Source: the human T2T-CHM13v2.0 reference genome, Homo sapiens. Taken from it: a stretch of 64,000 bases of DNA. The stretch is from assembly GCF_009914755.1 (NCBI RefSeq), contig NC_060940.1, one strand, 5' to 3'. The first letter of the stretch is position 1. Each line of letters opens with the position of its first letter. Of the stretch, positions 43,985 to 57,739 are shown one piece after another. The position numbers and the translations under genes were made by a program. The notes under the pieces are model-generated. The model saw only the letters and a list, made by a program, of their open reading frames with translations. It did not search any database and had not been told where the DNA came from.

Positions 43985-44509
43985 GGTGATTTGAACAACA
44001 CTATCTACCAACTTGACCTATGACATTTATAGAATAATGTATCCAACAACTACAGCATGCACATGTTTTCAAGTGCTCATGAAATATCCCCTCAAAGTAG
44101 ACTACATGTTGGGTATGAAATCTTAATGCATTTAAATTTTTGAAATATTGTTAACTATGTTTTCTGGCAACAATGGAATAAAATTAGGAGTCAGTAATTA
44201 TAACGTACCTATAAAAGTACCAAAATTTTGGAAATTAAATGGAATACTTCTAAATGACTCTCACATTAATGCAGATATCACAAGAGAAATTAGAAAGTAT
44301 TTTGGACTGAATGATGATATCTCAAGGCTTATGGGATCCGGCTAAAAAACAGAGTGAATGTATAGCTATCGATGCTGTAAATTTACTGGTTGAAATGTTA
44401 GAGAGATTTAAAGTGAATAATCCAAGTTTCTCCTTTAAAACTAGAAAAAAAGAAAATTATACCCAATATAGTAAAAGGATGGGAATAGTAAATATAAAAA
44501 CAGAAATCA
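43985..44509 (+). mobile_element. Old L1M ORF2, end of endonuclease region (continuation)
   Basis: TTGAACAACACTATCTACCAACTTGACCTA...GACATTTATAGAA corresponds to the LNNTI.QLDL.DIYR motif. Confidence 0.85.
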
Positions 44510-44812
44510 GGCTGGGCCTTGTAGCTCATGCCTGTAATCCCAGCACTGTGGGAGGCTGAGGCGGGCAAGTTACTTGAAATCAAGAGTGATTTCAAGTGAA
44601 ATCACTTCAAATCTGGCCAACACGGTGAAACCCTGTCTCTACAAAAAATTCAGAAATTAACCAGGCTTGGTGGGCGCTTGTAGTCCCAGCTACTCAGGAG
44701 GCTGAGGTGGGAGAATCACGTGAACCCAGGAGGCAGAGGTTGCAGTGAGCTGAGATTGTGCCACTGCATTCCAGTGAAAGAGCAAGACTCTGTCTCAAAC
44801 ATACACACAAAA
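44510..44812 (+). mobile_element. Alu with rearranged B-box region
   Basis: Dimeric Alu; consensus TCGAGACCAGC is replaced by palindromic sequence; AAATCAG on both flanks. Confidence 0.9.
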
Positions 44813-45265
44813 TCAGCATTGATAGTACCTGATGGTGTTGGATTGAAATTGGAGCTATCAGTATCAATTTAGTTTTTTTAAAGTATATACATAATTATAG
44901 AAATACACAAAACTTGGAAACTCCAGGAGTAATCAGCACAACTAGCTCCCAGATCTTGGTTTCTAAATATCATTAATCATTAAAAGGAACCAAAACTTAT
45001 TGGAGAAAGGGTGATTCCAGAACTGGGGCAAGGAAAGAACAATATGAACCTGGAACAACTCTTTCTTTTTGCCAGAAAGTCAGGAATATCAAAGAATGAT
45101 GGGAGCATGTCCAAAGGACACAGGCCTCAGCTTCAAGTACCATCCACTGGCCAGATCTGGGATAATCTGAGTATCAAAATGTAAATAATAGCAAGAGATT
45201 GGAGCTCACTGAATGAAAGGCAAATGCATAAGTGTACACTGATATAAATAAATTAGAAAATGAAA
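44813..45265 (+). mobile_element. L1MC-like 3' UTR
   Basis: CCCAGATCTTGGTTTCTAAATA...AAAAGGAACCA...TTCCAGAACTGGGGCAAGGAAAG. Confidence 0.75.
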
Positions 45266-47029
45266 AATTCTTCCTCACAATATAAACACTACTACTAACT
45301 TATAAGCATAACTCACACCTGTGAAAATGAGTTAGGGTAACTTCACTTATGATAACCTCACCAACATTGGACTGTGATCATTTTAAAACCTACGCTAATT
45401 TGAAGGGCATGAAATGATCTTTTATTTGGATTTATAGGACTTTGGATCATTAGGGGACAGCAGTGTTTAGCCGTATGCTTATAATGTATCTTTAACTAAA
45501 ATATGATCATTTTTCAGTCATTTTGTAGCTTTCATTTACCCATACCCCATTTCAAATCCCTTGTATAATGGAAGCCACTATTGCTGTTCCCAGAGTGACT
45601 CCATTGTTCTTAGACGCAGAGAACGAAGGAAGAAATCAAAGTTTAAAGATAAGTTTACTGTTCATGGAAAACATTAAATGATAAACTATAGTTTATTTAA
45701 AATAGAAAATGATTATTTCTTGGGCAGCTATTGCATTTATGGGATCCATTTTATATGTATCTAGTAAATCCGTCAATAACCCTGTGATGGAGTAATTAGA
45801 GAAGAGAAATTGCTATTGTTTCCACTTTAATGATGAGAGAAGAAAATACCCAGGGAGATTAAGATCGTAACTGATCATCATGGCTGAGCCAGACCAGCTA
45901 ACTGTCGAAACGTTCCTCTGGCCCCAACCGTGATACCTTTGTCTAATGGTGGGGCCAGGGAGAAGGGTCAGAAGGATGAGATGACTGGGGAGAAGAAAAC
46001 AGAAAAAAAAAAAAAAGCATTTTCTTGTGAGTCCTGTCCCAAAAAAATGCTAAGCATGCATGCAGACACCCATTCATTTTATACATTTTGCTTGAGTCCC
46101 TGCAGTGTACCAAGAGCTAAACTAGGCATATAGGAATGACCCTGACATTCATCCCCACCCACTGGTCTCTGGGGTAGAATAAACTTCGGAAGCTTCCTAT
46201 GTAGAGGCGACCATAGTAGAGAACTGAAATCTCACCCTTTGTTATAGGAGGATAAGAGAAAATAAACGTGGATATTTAGGTGTGTTCTTTTCCAAACAAA
46301 ATAAAAATGAACAAACACATTTGCTTGCTTTTTTTTCCTTTGGATCTTTTATCTTTTAATGCACTTTCATTGGAATTCAATCCATACATACTGAAGGGTG
46401 GTTGAAGTAATAAATACAGTCTTTTTCTCCAAATGGTACCCAAATGAAAGCAAAGTACTGCTTTCTGCTTAAGAGTGTTCAGTTTGTCCTTGACCTATAC
46501 ATTTACACTGGGTTGCTGTCCTCTGCCTCCTTCCACTACTGTCCACACAATACCTATGTAAACACATACACACACACAGGCCTTAATGATGAGTAAGGCC
46601 CATTTATTTAGAAAACATGGTTTGAAGGATATGTTAAAATAATTTGTAGATAAATTGATATTTTTATATTATTACTTCTTTCTTGGGTTTCTGCCTTTGA
46701 TTTAGACTGTAGCCAGTTGTGCCTGCTATCAGTTCTGGAACCTAAAATTCATGTGGGAAGAATTTAAGTGTAACCGAGATGTAATTGTGATTGAAGCAGG
46801 GAATGAAATATAAACACTAATCAAAGCTTCAGTAGACATGTTTTTTTTGTGGATTAATACATCACATTTTAAAACCTTCAACCCTTGGCTTCTCAGTTTT
46901 TTCTGTTTATTGTTTTGTTTGTTGATGTATTTGTTTAATTCATGGGTTAGAGGCTTGGGTGCTGAGAGAGTCGATTGTGTTAAAAGCTTTAGTGTGGAGG
47001 TCATGAAGAGGACTGAGAATGTTTGATCT

Positions 47030-47170
47030 TTCACTGTGGGTGCTGAACCAGCAGCATGAGTATCACCTGGGAGATTGTTAGAACTACAGACTTGCAGGCC
47101 TGTATTCAAAATCTGCATTTTAAACCAAGATACTCAGGTAATTTGTAAACAAAAGTTTGAGAAGCACTAG
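47030..47170. mobile_element. MER5A MITE
   Basis: CCAGCAGCATGAGTATCACCTGGGAGATTGTTAGAA...AAGTTTGAGAAGCACT. Confidence 0.8.
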
Positions 47171-47278
47171 GTCAGTTTACTCCAGCTGTCTAAACCAGAC
47201 CTGCCACTCAGGTGTTAAGAACCCAAGCAATAAGGGGTGGCTTGCTTTTGATAATCTCCCTCTAATCTTATCAGAGAC

Positions 47279-47561
<283 letters not shown>

Positions 47562-47660
47562 ATCAGAGACATTTCTGATGAGCCCAATATATTTCTAATT
47601 ATTGGACCCTCAAGTGCATCTGGAGAGGACACCGAAGGACTGTGGAGGCATCGAGCCCTA

Positions 47661-48345
47661 TGTTCATGCATTGACTCAAGTGTGTCCCTCCAAAATCCAT
47701 GTATGGAAACCCTACCCCTGAGAATTACTATATTTGAAGATTGGGCTTTTAGAAGATAATTAAGGTCCAATGAGATTATAAGGGTGGGGTCCTGATTCAA
47801 TAGGACTGGTGGCATTATAAGAAGAGGAAGAGACACAGTAGGAAGGTGGCTGTCTGTAAGCCAGGAAAAGAGCTCTCACCAGAATCCAACCATGCTGGCA
47901 CTCCAATATCAAACTTCCAGCCTCCAGAAATCTGAGAGTGTAAATTTATGTTGTTTAACTCACGTAGCCTATACAGCTGGCTCTCCATGTCCATGGACTC
48001 GGCATCCATGGAGTCAACCAACCACAGATCGAAAAAATATATATTTTAAATTGCATCTATACTGAACATGAGCAGATTTTTTCTTGTCTTTATTCACTAA
48101 ACAATACAGTATAAAAATTTATTTGCATAGCATTTGCATTTGTATTAAGTTTTACAAGTAATGTAGAGATGATTTAAAGTATATGGGAGGATGTCTGAAA
48201 GTTGTATGCAAATTCCATGCCATTTTCTGTCAGGGACTTGAGCATCTGTGGATTTTGGTATCTGTGGAGGGTCTTAGAACCAATTTCTGTGGCTACTGAG
48301 GGACCACTGTAGTATTTGTGATGGTAGTCCAGGTACTCAAGGAGA
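47661..48345 (+). mobile_element. MLT1A/B-like solo LTR split by MER2
   Basis: TGTGTCCCTCCAAAATCCATGTATGGAA...AACTTCCAGCCTCCAGAA...TAAATTTATGTTGTTTAA. Confidence 0.85.
47974..48309 (-). mobile_element. MER2 (TcMar-Tigger)
   Basis: CAG...CTG termini flanked by TA; CAGGGACTTGAGCATCTGTGGATTTTGGTATC. Confidence 0.9.
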
Positions 48346-48504
48346 GTTCAGTTACAAATGCAATTTTCCCCTAAAGTAACTTGGTTCCAAAAGAGTACGC
48401 ATTTGTAGTTGTATACTACAAATGGAGTGCGTGTGTGTTCTCTACTCTAATATTTCATGCCAGAGTGAGTTATTAGTTTTTGATCCTTTTTCTTCTTTTT
48501 CCTT

Positions 48505-48615
48505 CATGAGCAGCAGTCCTAGTTTGCTTGGGACGGGGAGGTTTTCATGGACGCATCATCCCTTCAGTGCTAGAACAGGGAGAGTACCAGGCAAACTTGG
48601 GTGGTTGGTCACCTT
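48505..48615. mobile_element. MER81 (hAT-Blackjack) MITE
   Basis: GTCCTAGTTTGCTTGGGAC...TTCAGTGCTAGAACAGGGAGAGTACCAGGCAAAC...TTGGTCACC. Confidence 0.75.
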
Positions 48616-49204
48616 TTGCTGTTCCCAGATTCTTTCCTGAGCTGAAGATCTCAGCTCCCTTATGAGAACTTCACATTGCTTCAAAGAAGAGCAGATCTCA
48701 TCAGAATCCAGCAATGACATGAAGCATTTTGGTGCAGAGTAACTACCAGATTAGAGCTCCTGGAATACTTAAACCTTCGTGGATCCCCGATATGGAAGGA
48801 AGAAGCCTGGCTATCCTAGCTTGAATGGAATTCAGCATTGGTAGACGGAACCACAAATGCCTTCTATTTCTTCCCAAATATCCTTTTAGAACTTCGAACT
48901 AATTCTAGATAGAGTCTTAAGGTCAGGTATAAATGAACTGCTAAGTATTTATGCCTGCATAACACAATGATCAAGAGGCTTCCTGTGAGCCCAACATTCT
49001 CATGCTTTAATAGAAAACTTATTGTAAAATTTGCACTCTACTCTATAACATAGAAATGTCTATCATTTCTATAAATACTATGCAGTCTCTTCTGATATAT
49101 CTGTTATCCTATCATACAAGAGCAGATGGCTGGGATTTTATCACAGTTAGAGGGTGTTTTGAGATGGGCTGCAAATCCTCTGGAGAATTTGATTTGGAGA
49201 CTCA

Positions 49205-49587
49205 ATTAGTCATGACAAGTTAGGTTATGCTGCAGTAACAAGTTGGCTCCTGAATCTCAATAGCTTCATAAAACAAAGCTTTCATATGTCCAGTGTTGGG
49301 CATTGGGAAGTGCACCAAATAGTGCCTCAGGGACTCAGGCTATGGAGGCTTCACCATCCCACCACCGTATCATCTGGACACACAACTTCCTTTGTCAGCA
49401 TGATGGGAAAGAAAACATGGAGAATTGTACACCAGCTGATCCATGCTTAGGCCTGCAAGTGAAACTCCTTGGTCAGAACTAGTGAAATGGCCCCACCTAA
49501 CAAGGTGGAATGAGAATGCTGCTCTTCTGTAGCCATAAAGGGAAGGAATAGCAAAAATGAAAGTGAATAGGCATAATATCTAACACA
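49205..49587 (-). mobile_element. Old MLT1 (MLT1I/J-like) LTR
   Basis: TAGGTTATGCTGCAGTAACAA...CTCAGGGACTCAGGCT...TTGGTCAGAACTAGT.AAATGGCCCCACCTAA. Confidence 0.7.
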
Positions 49588-50779
49588 AGGGTCCAAGAGG
49601 TAGACCCTATACATGACAAACTGTAATTCCACAGAACAGCTGGAGTCATTGATTTGGGAACTAGCCACTTTACACATGGGCTATTTTTACATTTGTTTCA
49701 AGGAGTAGTGGCAGGGATGTATTATTTAATAATGATCAATAAAACTCATAAAATATTGAGGGAGAAAACAACTTCTATTACAAAATGCAATGGTTTAACC
49801 TCCTTTCCACAGAATAAAATTGCAAGTGCATGAGAATTATCACATATGTCCAAGGATACACATATTCCTACCTTGGATGCTCACATACTGTGTGCAGGAA
49901 GGTGAGAACGCAGAGGAATTAAGGACTCAGAACTTGTCTCCTCTCATTAACAGCCAATGTCTCCCATATGTCCTGGTGGATCTTACAGGGCTCAGCCTGA
50001 ATGCTTCTCTAAACTTTTCCACATGTAGTAAGGCTAAAGACCATGTGTTTTACAAGATGGCAACACTCAATCCTATGCTTTTCACTGAAACAGAATGCTC
50101 TGTCATTGAAGCATTTCTCTGGGGACCTAAGATTCTCTTTACAGAGGCAATACCCATTAATTCTAATGCAGCCTCCTGTCATCTGGGACTCATGAACTTC
50201 CACCGCAGTGGTCCCTTCCTATAATCAAACTGTAGTAGCTTCTGTCTCCATAGAAGTTAGACATGCCCAGAAACCTGGTATGCAATGTCACACTCTGCCA
50301 AAAGAACATAAAACTTAGACAAATATGGAAGTCATTAACACTGAAGAGTTCTTTGCTATTAAAAATAGGAAAATTTTATTACTTTCCTACATGAGAAGAA
50401 TATATAATACCTTTAGGGTTATTTGGTCATTTGGAGGCTAGCTTCTTTTCTCTGTTTGTAGAACTATTTTTGGAAGTCGAACATTTTTTTTTTTTTTCAT
50501 TTTAAGCACCCTATTGATACTTGGCATCTCTGCAGTAATAGAATTTTGAAGAGTTCATCCTGTTCCTACGCTCGGTCAATTTTTGGATAAGTCTGAAAAT
50601 GATGCTGTGGATAGAGGATGCTGGGACCCCCATCATGGCAAGCATGCATCATTGCAAAGGGTCTTCGTAAGGTTATGTGGAGGCTACCTGGGGTCAGGAT
50701 CCATTCAGAGCTGGAAAACTTAAATAGACCAACTGATGTTAGAAATAGAATAGATCCATGGCTTGAAATGAACAGTTGT

Positions 50780-50955
50780 GTGTTTATATGCTGGCTGACC
50801 CCCCTACTGACTGTGTGACTACGGAAAAAACAAAACTCTGCTGCCCATCGGTAAAATGGGATTATGATCCTTGCCTAACTTCCTGTTTATAGGGTTCTGG
50901 AGGTGCCAATGAGATGAACTCTTTTGAAAGAGGTTTGGAAAATGATGCATTATTT
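50780..50955 (+). mobile_element. MIR SINE
   Basis: TACTGACTGTGTGAC...CCCATCGGTAAAATGGGATTAT. Confidence 0.55.
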
Positions 50956-51049
50956 CACAACAACATGGTGTTACGGTTGAATATCAATGATAGAGAGTAA
51001 TTGAGATGGCTATGTAACATAGTGGCCAGTCATCCATTTGCCTAGCAAC

Positions 51050-51395
51050 CATCTATATTATTTGTATCTGTATCTATCTATATGTCTATATGTCTATACA
51101 TCTATAACTATATTTATATACCTACATCCTTATCTGTATCTGTACCTTTATCTATATATATGCTATGGATTTGCCTATGTCCAAGTCTATATCCATATCA
51201 AATATGTACATATACATTTTCTATATATGTAATCCATTTCTATCTCTATATGTCTATGTATATATCTATATCTATATCTTTACCTATACCTATATGTATT
51301 TATTTGTCTTTGTGTGTATCTATACTTATATACTATCTCTATATTTATTTTTATGTATATCTATGTCTGTATTTATACACACACACATATATATA
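51050..51395. repeat. AT-rich (TATC/TATA)n low-complexity tract
   Basis: Degenerate TATCTA/TATATG units; accounts for the Y/I/L-rich ORFs. Confidence 0.85.
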
Positions 51396-51443
51396 GAGAG
51401 AGGCAGAGACAGAGAGAAAGAGAGGAGAAAGAGGGAAGGAGAG

Positions 51444-51445
<2 letters not shown>

Positions 51446-51512
<67 letters not shown>
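51446..51512. repeat. Compound microsatellite (GT)18-CAC-(AG)14
   Basis: Read directly. Confidence 0.97.
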
Positions 51513-51515
<3 letters not shown>

Positions 51516-51788
51516 TACATTCTATCCTAGGAAATGGGAACAGAGCCATAATCAAGGCAGCATGGTTTTGACTTATAGTTCCCAGGAGAGACTTTCATTA
51601 AACAAAAATATCTTGAATGAATTGCAATTGTGGTAAGTGCTATGAAGGAAAAGTACCCAATCACAGTATAAATCTTATCCCAGCAGGGACCATCAGGGAA
51701 CACAAAAGAAATAAAACACTAAATCACCAATCCTCACGCAGCATACATGGACCGTAGGTCTGGACCCCAGCCTTTGTGAGTAGATCCC

Positions 51789-52146
51789 CACTATGTTCTG
51801 AATGTTCGCTTTTCCCCAGAATTCATATGTTGAAGCCTGATTCTCAGCACAATAGTATTAAGAGCTGGAGGCTTTAGGAGGTGATTAGGCCATGAGGGTA
51901 GACCTCTCAGTAATGGGGTTTGTGCTTTTATCAAAGAGGCCAGAGGAAGCTTGTTCACCCCTCCCATCATTTGAGGACACACAGAAGGCACCATCTATAA
52001 GAAATGGGCCTTCACTGGACGTCAAATCTGTCGACACCTTGATCTTGGACTTCCCTGCCTCCAGAACTGTGAGACATGCATTTCTGTTGTTAATAAGCCA
52101 CTGTGTCTAAGGTATTTTGTTATCACAGCTCAGGCAGACAAAGACA
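51789..52146 (+). mobile_element. MLT1A/MSTD-like solo LTR
   Basis: CTATGTTCTGAATG...CCTTGATCTTGGACTTCCCTGCCTCCAGAACTGTGAGA...AAGACA. Confidence 0.88.
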
Positions 52147-52799
52147 TTCCCTAAAAGAAAAGCACTTTATTCTATAAAGTGCTGTTGTTTGAGCTTGATA
52201 AAAAGTTAAAAAGGCCCTTTACAGAGGTCTGTCTTAAGGAATAAGGTGTGTGTGCAGGGGGGACTTTAATTACCAGTGGGATGTATTTAATGTATGATTT
52301 CATTTAGAATCCGGGAGCCAATGGTTAGTGTTTTTTAATAGACTGAAATTTTCATCAGGGTGAGTTCTGGATCTTTATGCAGCTGGGGCTCAGCTCATCT
52401 TTGACCTGCCTGGGTCCTTTTCTCACCCATTCCATGGTGGGAAGCAGACACTTTGACTTTTCAGAGCGTTATTGATGGAACAAATGTAGTTTGAATGAGC
52501 TTATTAGAGTGTCTATGAAGTGTCCTCTGTTCTTAGGCAACAAGGCCAGTTTCTCTCCTCTTCCCTCCCTCTCTGACACCGTAGTGTTATGTTGTCTGTA
52601 ACATGTTTTGTTACGGTTTTAGCAAGTTTTCAAGGCAAAGGGCATGGCATTAGGAAAATTGAATTCACAGGTCAAACAACAAGTCAGGTGACCTCAGGAA
52701 AATGACAGTGATTTGTGTTTGCATTTTAATTTAATTCAGTCCTAAAAATGACCCATCTTGCTGCTATTTTCTGTGATCACAACTTTTATGTTTTCTTGT

Positions 52800-52992
52800 A
52801 GCTAGCTCTTCATGTAATTAATCATTGCATGAATTTCTATTTTATCATTTTCTTTTGGTGTCGTTTTACCACCCCTTCTGTGATCTCCCTGAAGGTAGAA
52901 AACTTTTCTGTTTTGTTCATCAATGCATACTTAAAGCCTAACACATATTTGACATTTTATAAATATCTGTGACTTGAATAAATGAATAAATT
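52800..52992 (+). mobile_element. L2 3' end
   Basis: TGTGATCTCCCTGAAGGTAGA...TTTTGTTCA...TGAATAAATGAATAAAT tail. Confidence 0.6.
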
Positions 52993-53053
52993 CACAGTCT
53001 CTCCCTACATACTACTTCAAATACTAATGTTTTATAACAAATAAAAGTTTACT

Positions 53054-53350
<297 letters not shown>

Positions 53351-54087
53351 ATAAAACTTTACCAAACACTTTGAAACTGGAAAACCTTAAAGTTGTTTTC
53401 CATTTGAAAGTTAAGATGCCTTTGAGTGTTAATTACATGAGTCTGTTCAATTGTATGTTTTTTGATAATATACCTCCATGAAAAGTTGTGGGATTTTTTT
53501 AAGCTAAGACACATGATTTAAAATACCCTGTGAAACTTTTAAAAAGGAAAGAACCTGAATGAACAAAATAATATGGTCCCCAAATGGCTGTTGTAGTGGA
53601 GGGGAAAAAGGTTTCGGCTAAAATTTATCCAGCTGCAAACCACTGTCTTAAGCCAGCAAGAAATTTATATTCTTCCGAAGCTGAGGGAAAATCAAAATCC
53701 ACAAGTGACTCTTCTCTTCCCCTAGCTGCTTCATACACTGCTCAGTTTCCGGAGATCTGAGATAATCATTTTGTCCTTGAGAGTCTCGTGGCTGTGCTCT
53801 TGGAGGGTTTGGGTTTAAAATCTTAGGATTTGATCCTGTTCAGAAAAACAAGGCAGGAGCACCCGAGAAGCATCTAAAATCAGCCACTGCCAGAGGCTGC
53901 TTGCTTTACCTGTCTTGCCTGTTCAATTTGTCCTCTACGAGGCAAAGGTGAGACTAGGAGCCCTGCTTCTGGGAAAATGCCTCTGTTAAAGAACCATCTC
54001 ACATTCCTGGAGTTTGTTTTGGGATCACAAAATTGGCAACTGTCTTTTCTTCTTCATTGCAGTTTAAAGTTTTAAGCATCATAAGGC

Positions 54088-54113
54088 TGTGTGTGTGTGT
54101 GTGTGTGTGTGTG
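54088..54113. repeat. (TG)13 microsatellite
   Basis: Read directly. Confidence 0.95.
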
Positions 54114-54212
54114 CTGGTGCATATGAATGTGCTTTTACAGGTACAAGAAAATAAATAATCCAAAGGTAGCCTTCTCCTTGGGGTGTCCTGCTGAAACGAT
54201 GACCTAGGGTTC

Positions 54213-54516
54213 TTTTTTTTTTTTTTTTTTTTTTGAGACAGAGTCTTGCTCTGTTGCCCAGGCTGGAGGGAGGGCAGTGGCGCGAACTTGACTCACTGCA
54301 AGCTCCACCTTCTGGGTTCAGGCCATTCTCCTGCCTCAGCCTCCCGAGTAGCTGGGACTACAGGCGCCTGCCACAATGCCCGGCTAATTTTTTGTATTTT
54401 TAGTAGAGACGGGGTTTCACCGTGTTAGCCAGGATGGTCTGGATCTCCTGACCTCATGATCCACCCGCCTCTGCCTCCCAAAGTGCTGGGATTACAGGTG
54501 TGAGCCACCGCGCACC
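54213..54516 (-). mobile_element. AluY
   Basis: CACCGTGTTAGCCAGGATGGTCT and GCAAGCTCC diagnostics. Confidence 0.93.
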
Positions 54517-54724
54517 TTCTATTTGAGGCCCTGCGCTAGGAGGACTGCATTAAGACCAAGGCGTGCGGAAGCACACTGATGTTGCTGCCTCTGGTGGGTG
54601 CACGTTGAATCACGTGTGTCTATCCAAGAGGAATTTGTATTAAGTTCTAGTGCATTTGGGCAGAAAATGCCATGAGAATCAGTGGAACATGCTGTGTAGG
54701 CTGTTGGAGTGGAAACAAACCTAC

Positions 54725-54965
54725 CTGGAAGTAGGCACTGTGGTCTGCACCATTCGGCATAAGTCACTTAGCCCCTCTGAGCTTCAGGTTTCTCAGCGCA
54801 CAGTTGGGGATAAAAAGGAACATATTACTCAGCATTTGTGGGCTGGCTAAGGACACAGCAGGCATTACCTGAACATCCCCACAATAACCCCGGGATGTAG
54901 TTATTACTTCCCTTATCGTTCTCATTTAGACAGAAGAGGAAACCATGGCTCCCGCTGCTCACAGG
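54725..54965. mobile_element. Two MIR fragments in opposite orientation
   Basis: ATAAGTCACTTAGCCCCTCTGAGCTTCAG (+) and CATTTAGACAGAAGAGGAAAC (-). Confidence 0.55.
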
Positions 54966-55018
54966 AGAAGCTAGTATTATTCCCCTACTCTGAAAACCAA
55001 CTGGATGTCCCGCAATCA

Positions 55019-55190
55019 TGGGAATACAGGTGCAACCCATCACATATGGCCAATTGTTTTTAAATTTTTTTTGTAGAGGTGGAGTCTTGCAAAGTGGTCC
55101 AAGTTGGTCTTGAACCCCTGGGGCAAGCAGTTCTCCTGCTGGGACCTCCCAAAGCATTGGCATTACTGGTGCAAGCCACCACACTTGGAC
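55019..55190 (-). mobile_element. AluJ, partial
   Basis: TTGTAGAGGTGGAGTCTTGC...CCTCCCAAAGCATTGGCATTAC. Confidence 0.8.
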
Positions 55191-55760
55191 CCTTTTTATC
55201 TAGATAACCATAGGTCCGGAGATGACTGTGACAAAAGAGCCATGTGCTGTACATAGCTTGATCAAAATGGCAAAAATGTATATGTTTATGACTGCTGTTT
55301 TGTGTATTCCCGATGAACACATGCCTTTGTTGTTGATTCTTCATCTATCTTCCAATACAATTTTAGGTCTGGTGATAATTTCTGGATTTCTCTATTTATA
55401 GAAAACTTTGAACTTCATAAATATTAAAATGTCCTATTAGCTACATGCAGACTGCTTTTTCTATGGCCATGGACATTATGCAATTATTACCCGAGCTATT
55501 AATTAAATTTGAAAATAGATAAATAATGGATAGGGATGCTATTTATGAGTTAAAAGTGAGAAAATGAAAATTATTCTCCATTCTGTTACCTTGGATGAGT
55601 CTAACCTACTGCATGCTCTCAGCTTTTATTATTGAAAGTCATTATGTTACTTTGCATAAAATGAACAATTGGTTGTAACAAGTCAGCCCTGTACAGTGAC
55701 CAGTTTTCAGATGAAGTGATTAAAATATTTTCTCAATAAAACAATCAAAACATGGCCCTT

Positions 55761-56069
55761 GGCCAGGTGTGGTGGCTCACGCCTGTAATCCCAGCACTTT
55801 GGGCGGCTGAGGTGGTCGGCTTACGAGGTCAGGAGTTTGAGACAAGCCTGGCCAACACAGTGAAACCCTGTCTCTACTAAAAATACAAAAATTAGCTGGG
55901 TGTAGTGGCAGGCGCCTGTAATCCCAGCCACTCAGGAGGCTGAGGCAGGAAAATTGCTTGAAACCCGGGAGGCAGAGGTTGCAGTGAGCCAAGATCGTGC
56001 CATTGCACTCCAGTACAGGCAATAGTGCAAGACTCCATGTAAAAAAAAAAAAAAACAAAAAAACAAAAA
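55761..56069 (+). mobile_element. Alu (AluS) with TSD
   Basis: TSD AAAACATGGCCCTT on both flanks. Confidence 0.96.
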
Positions 56070-56906
56070 AAAACATGGCCCTTTCACAGTAGTCAAATAC
56101 TGGGTAATTTCCATATTATACGAGTTAGAAACGTGAATCTCACCAGAGAAAAGGTATGTCCCCAAGAACAGAGTGAACATGTATTTTGGGAGTTACTGCA
56201 GAAAGCTTTCATGAACTCTTTCTGATAATATAATGCGCTGGTAGATTTCCTCTGGTCAACTTGGATTTCAGTCTTCCGTTTCTACCTTTTAAAGGAGGCC
56301 TTATTAGTCTCTCTGGTTGATAGAGGATGCCTGTTTGTTCAATTCACACTATTCATGGACCCCTATATGCCTTTCAATGATCATCCTATAAAAGTTATCT
56401 TTCCACTGCGTTTACTAGATTTGAGTTATCAAATGGAAACTCTCACCAATGTCTTTGAAACCTTTTTGTTTTCACCATGCCTCATAATAAGAAATACATT
56501 TTACATTGAGGCAGCATGCACCTGCAATAATAAGCAAGCGCTTCACATGCACTTTGATGTGCTCCATTTTATTTCTTTTTAGAAGAAAATGTTGGTCACA
56601 AATGACACTCCTAGTTTTGTGGCTGCTAATGGACATGTGAAGCACTTACTTAGTTGTCTCGGAACCATCTAATGATCTGATTCAGTGAGCAAGAGTGTGG
56701 AATTGTGAGCCCGACATGCTTACACATCAGTCTTTCTGCTGTTCCAGAGTTACTGGAGCGTGCACCTGGCATTTGTTGAGTCTCTCTTTGGATGGTTTGT
56801 GTGGCACTATCAGAAACGGAACTTTCAAAAACTGATAATTTTGGAAGATAAATAATTATGGAATACTCTTGCCTCAGATACTTTAATATTATTGAGAAAA
56901 ATTACA

Positions 56907-57364
<458 letters not shown>

Positions 57365-57739
57365 AAAATTTATTTTTGATAGATAATGGTTAGGACAGTG
57401 AAATTTTTAGTCGGCTATCATTGCAAATGACTGTTTGCCATATGAAACCTGTGCTTTTGAAATGAGGGTTTTTATTCTCATAATCGGTCAAAACAATTGA
57501 CAGAGAAAGAAAGAAAGAAAAAAGTGTTTGTGAAAAGATTCTAAATAAAGAGTGCATTGAATCAGAGCCATTTTGTTGGAAGAAATCCAGGATCTTTTGA
57601 TGTGACTACTGGAAGAACAAGACCACATGAAGGTTTATCTTTTGATACTTAATTAACTAAGAATCAGGTATTTGTCAGTCTCTCATCTACAGCTCTCCTC
57701 TACACACTCACACTAGCCCCTGCATGTTCTTTTTTGTTG

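Noticed and set aside
42394-44001. Several 86-157 aa ORFs
   Set aside because: Broken pieces of THE1 internal and LTR sequence, not a host gene
49050-49072. 9-bp hairpin ATAGAAATG-tctat-CATTTCTAT
   Set aside because: Short, AT-rich stem plausibly expected by chance in 64 kb
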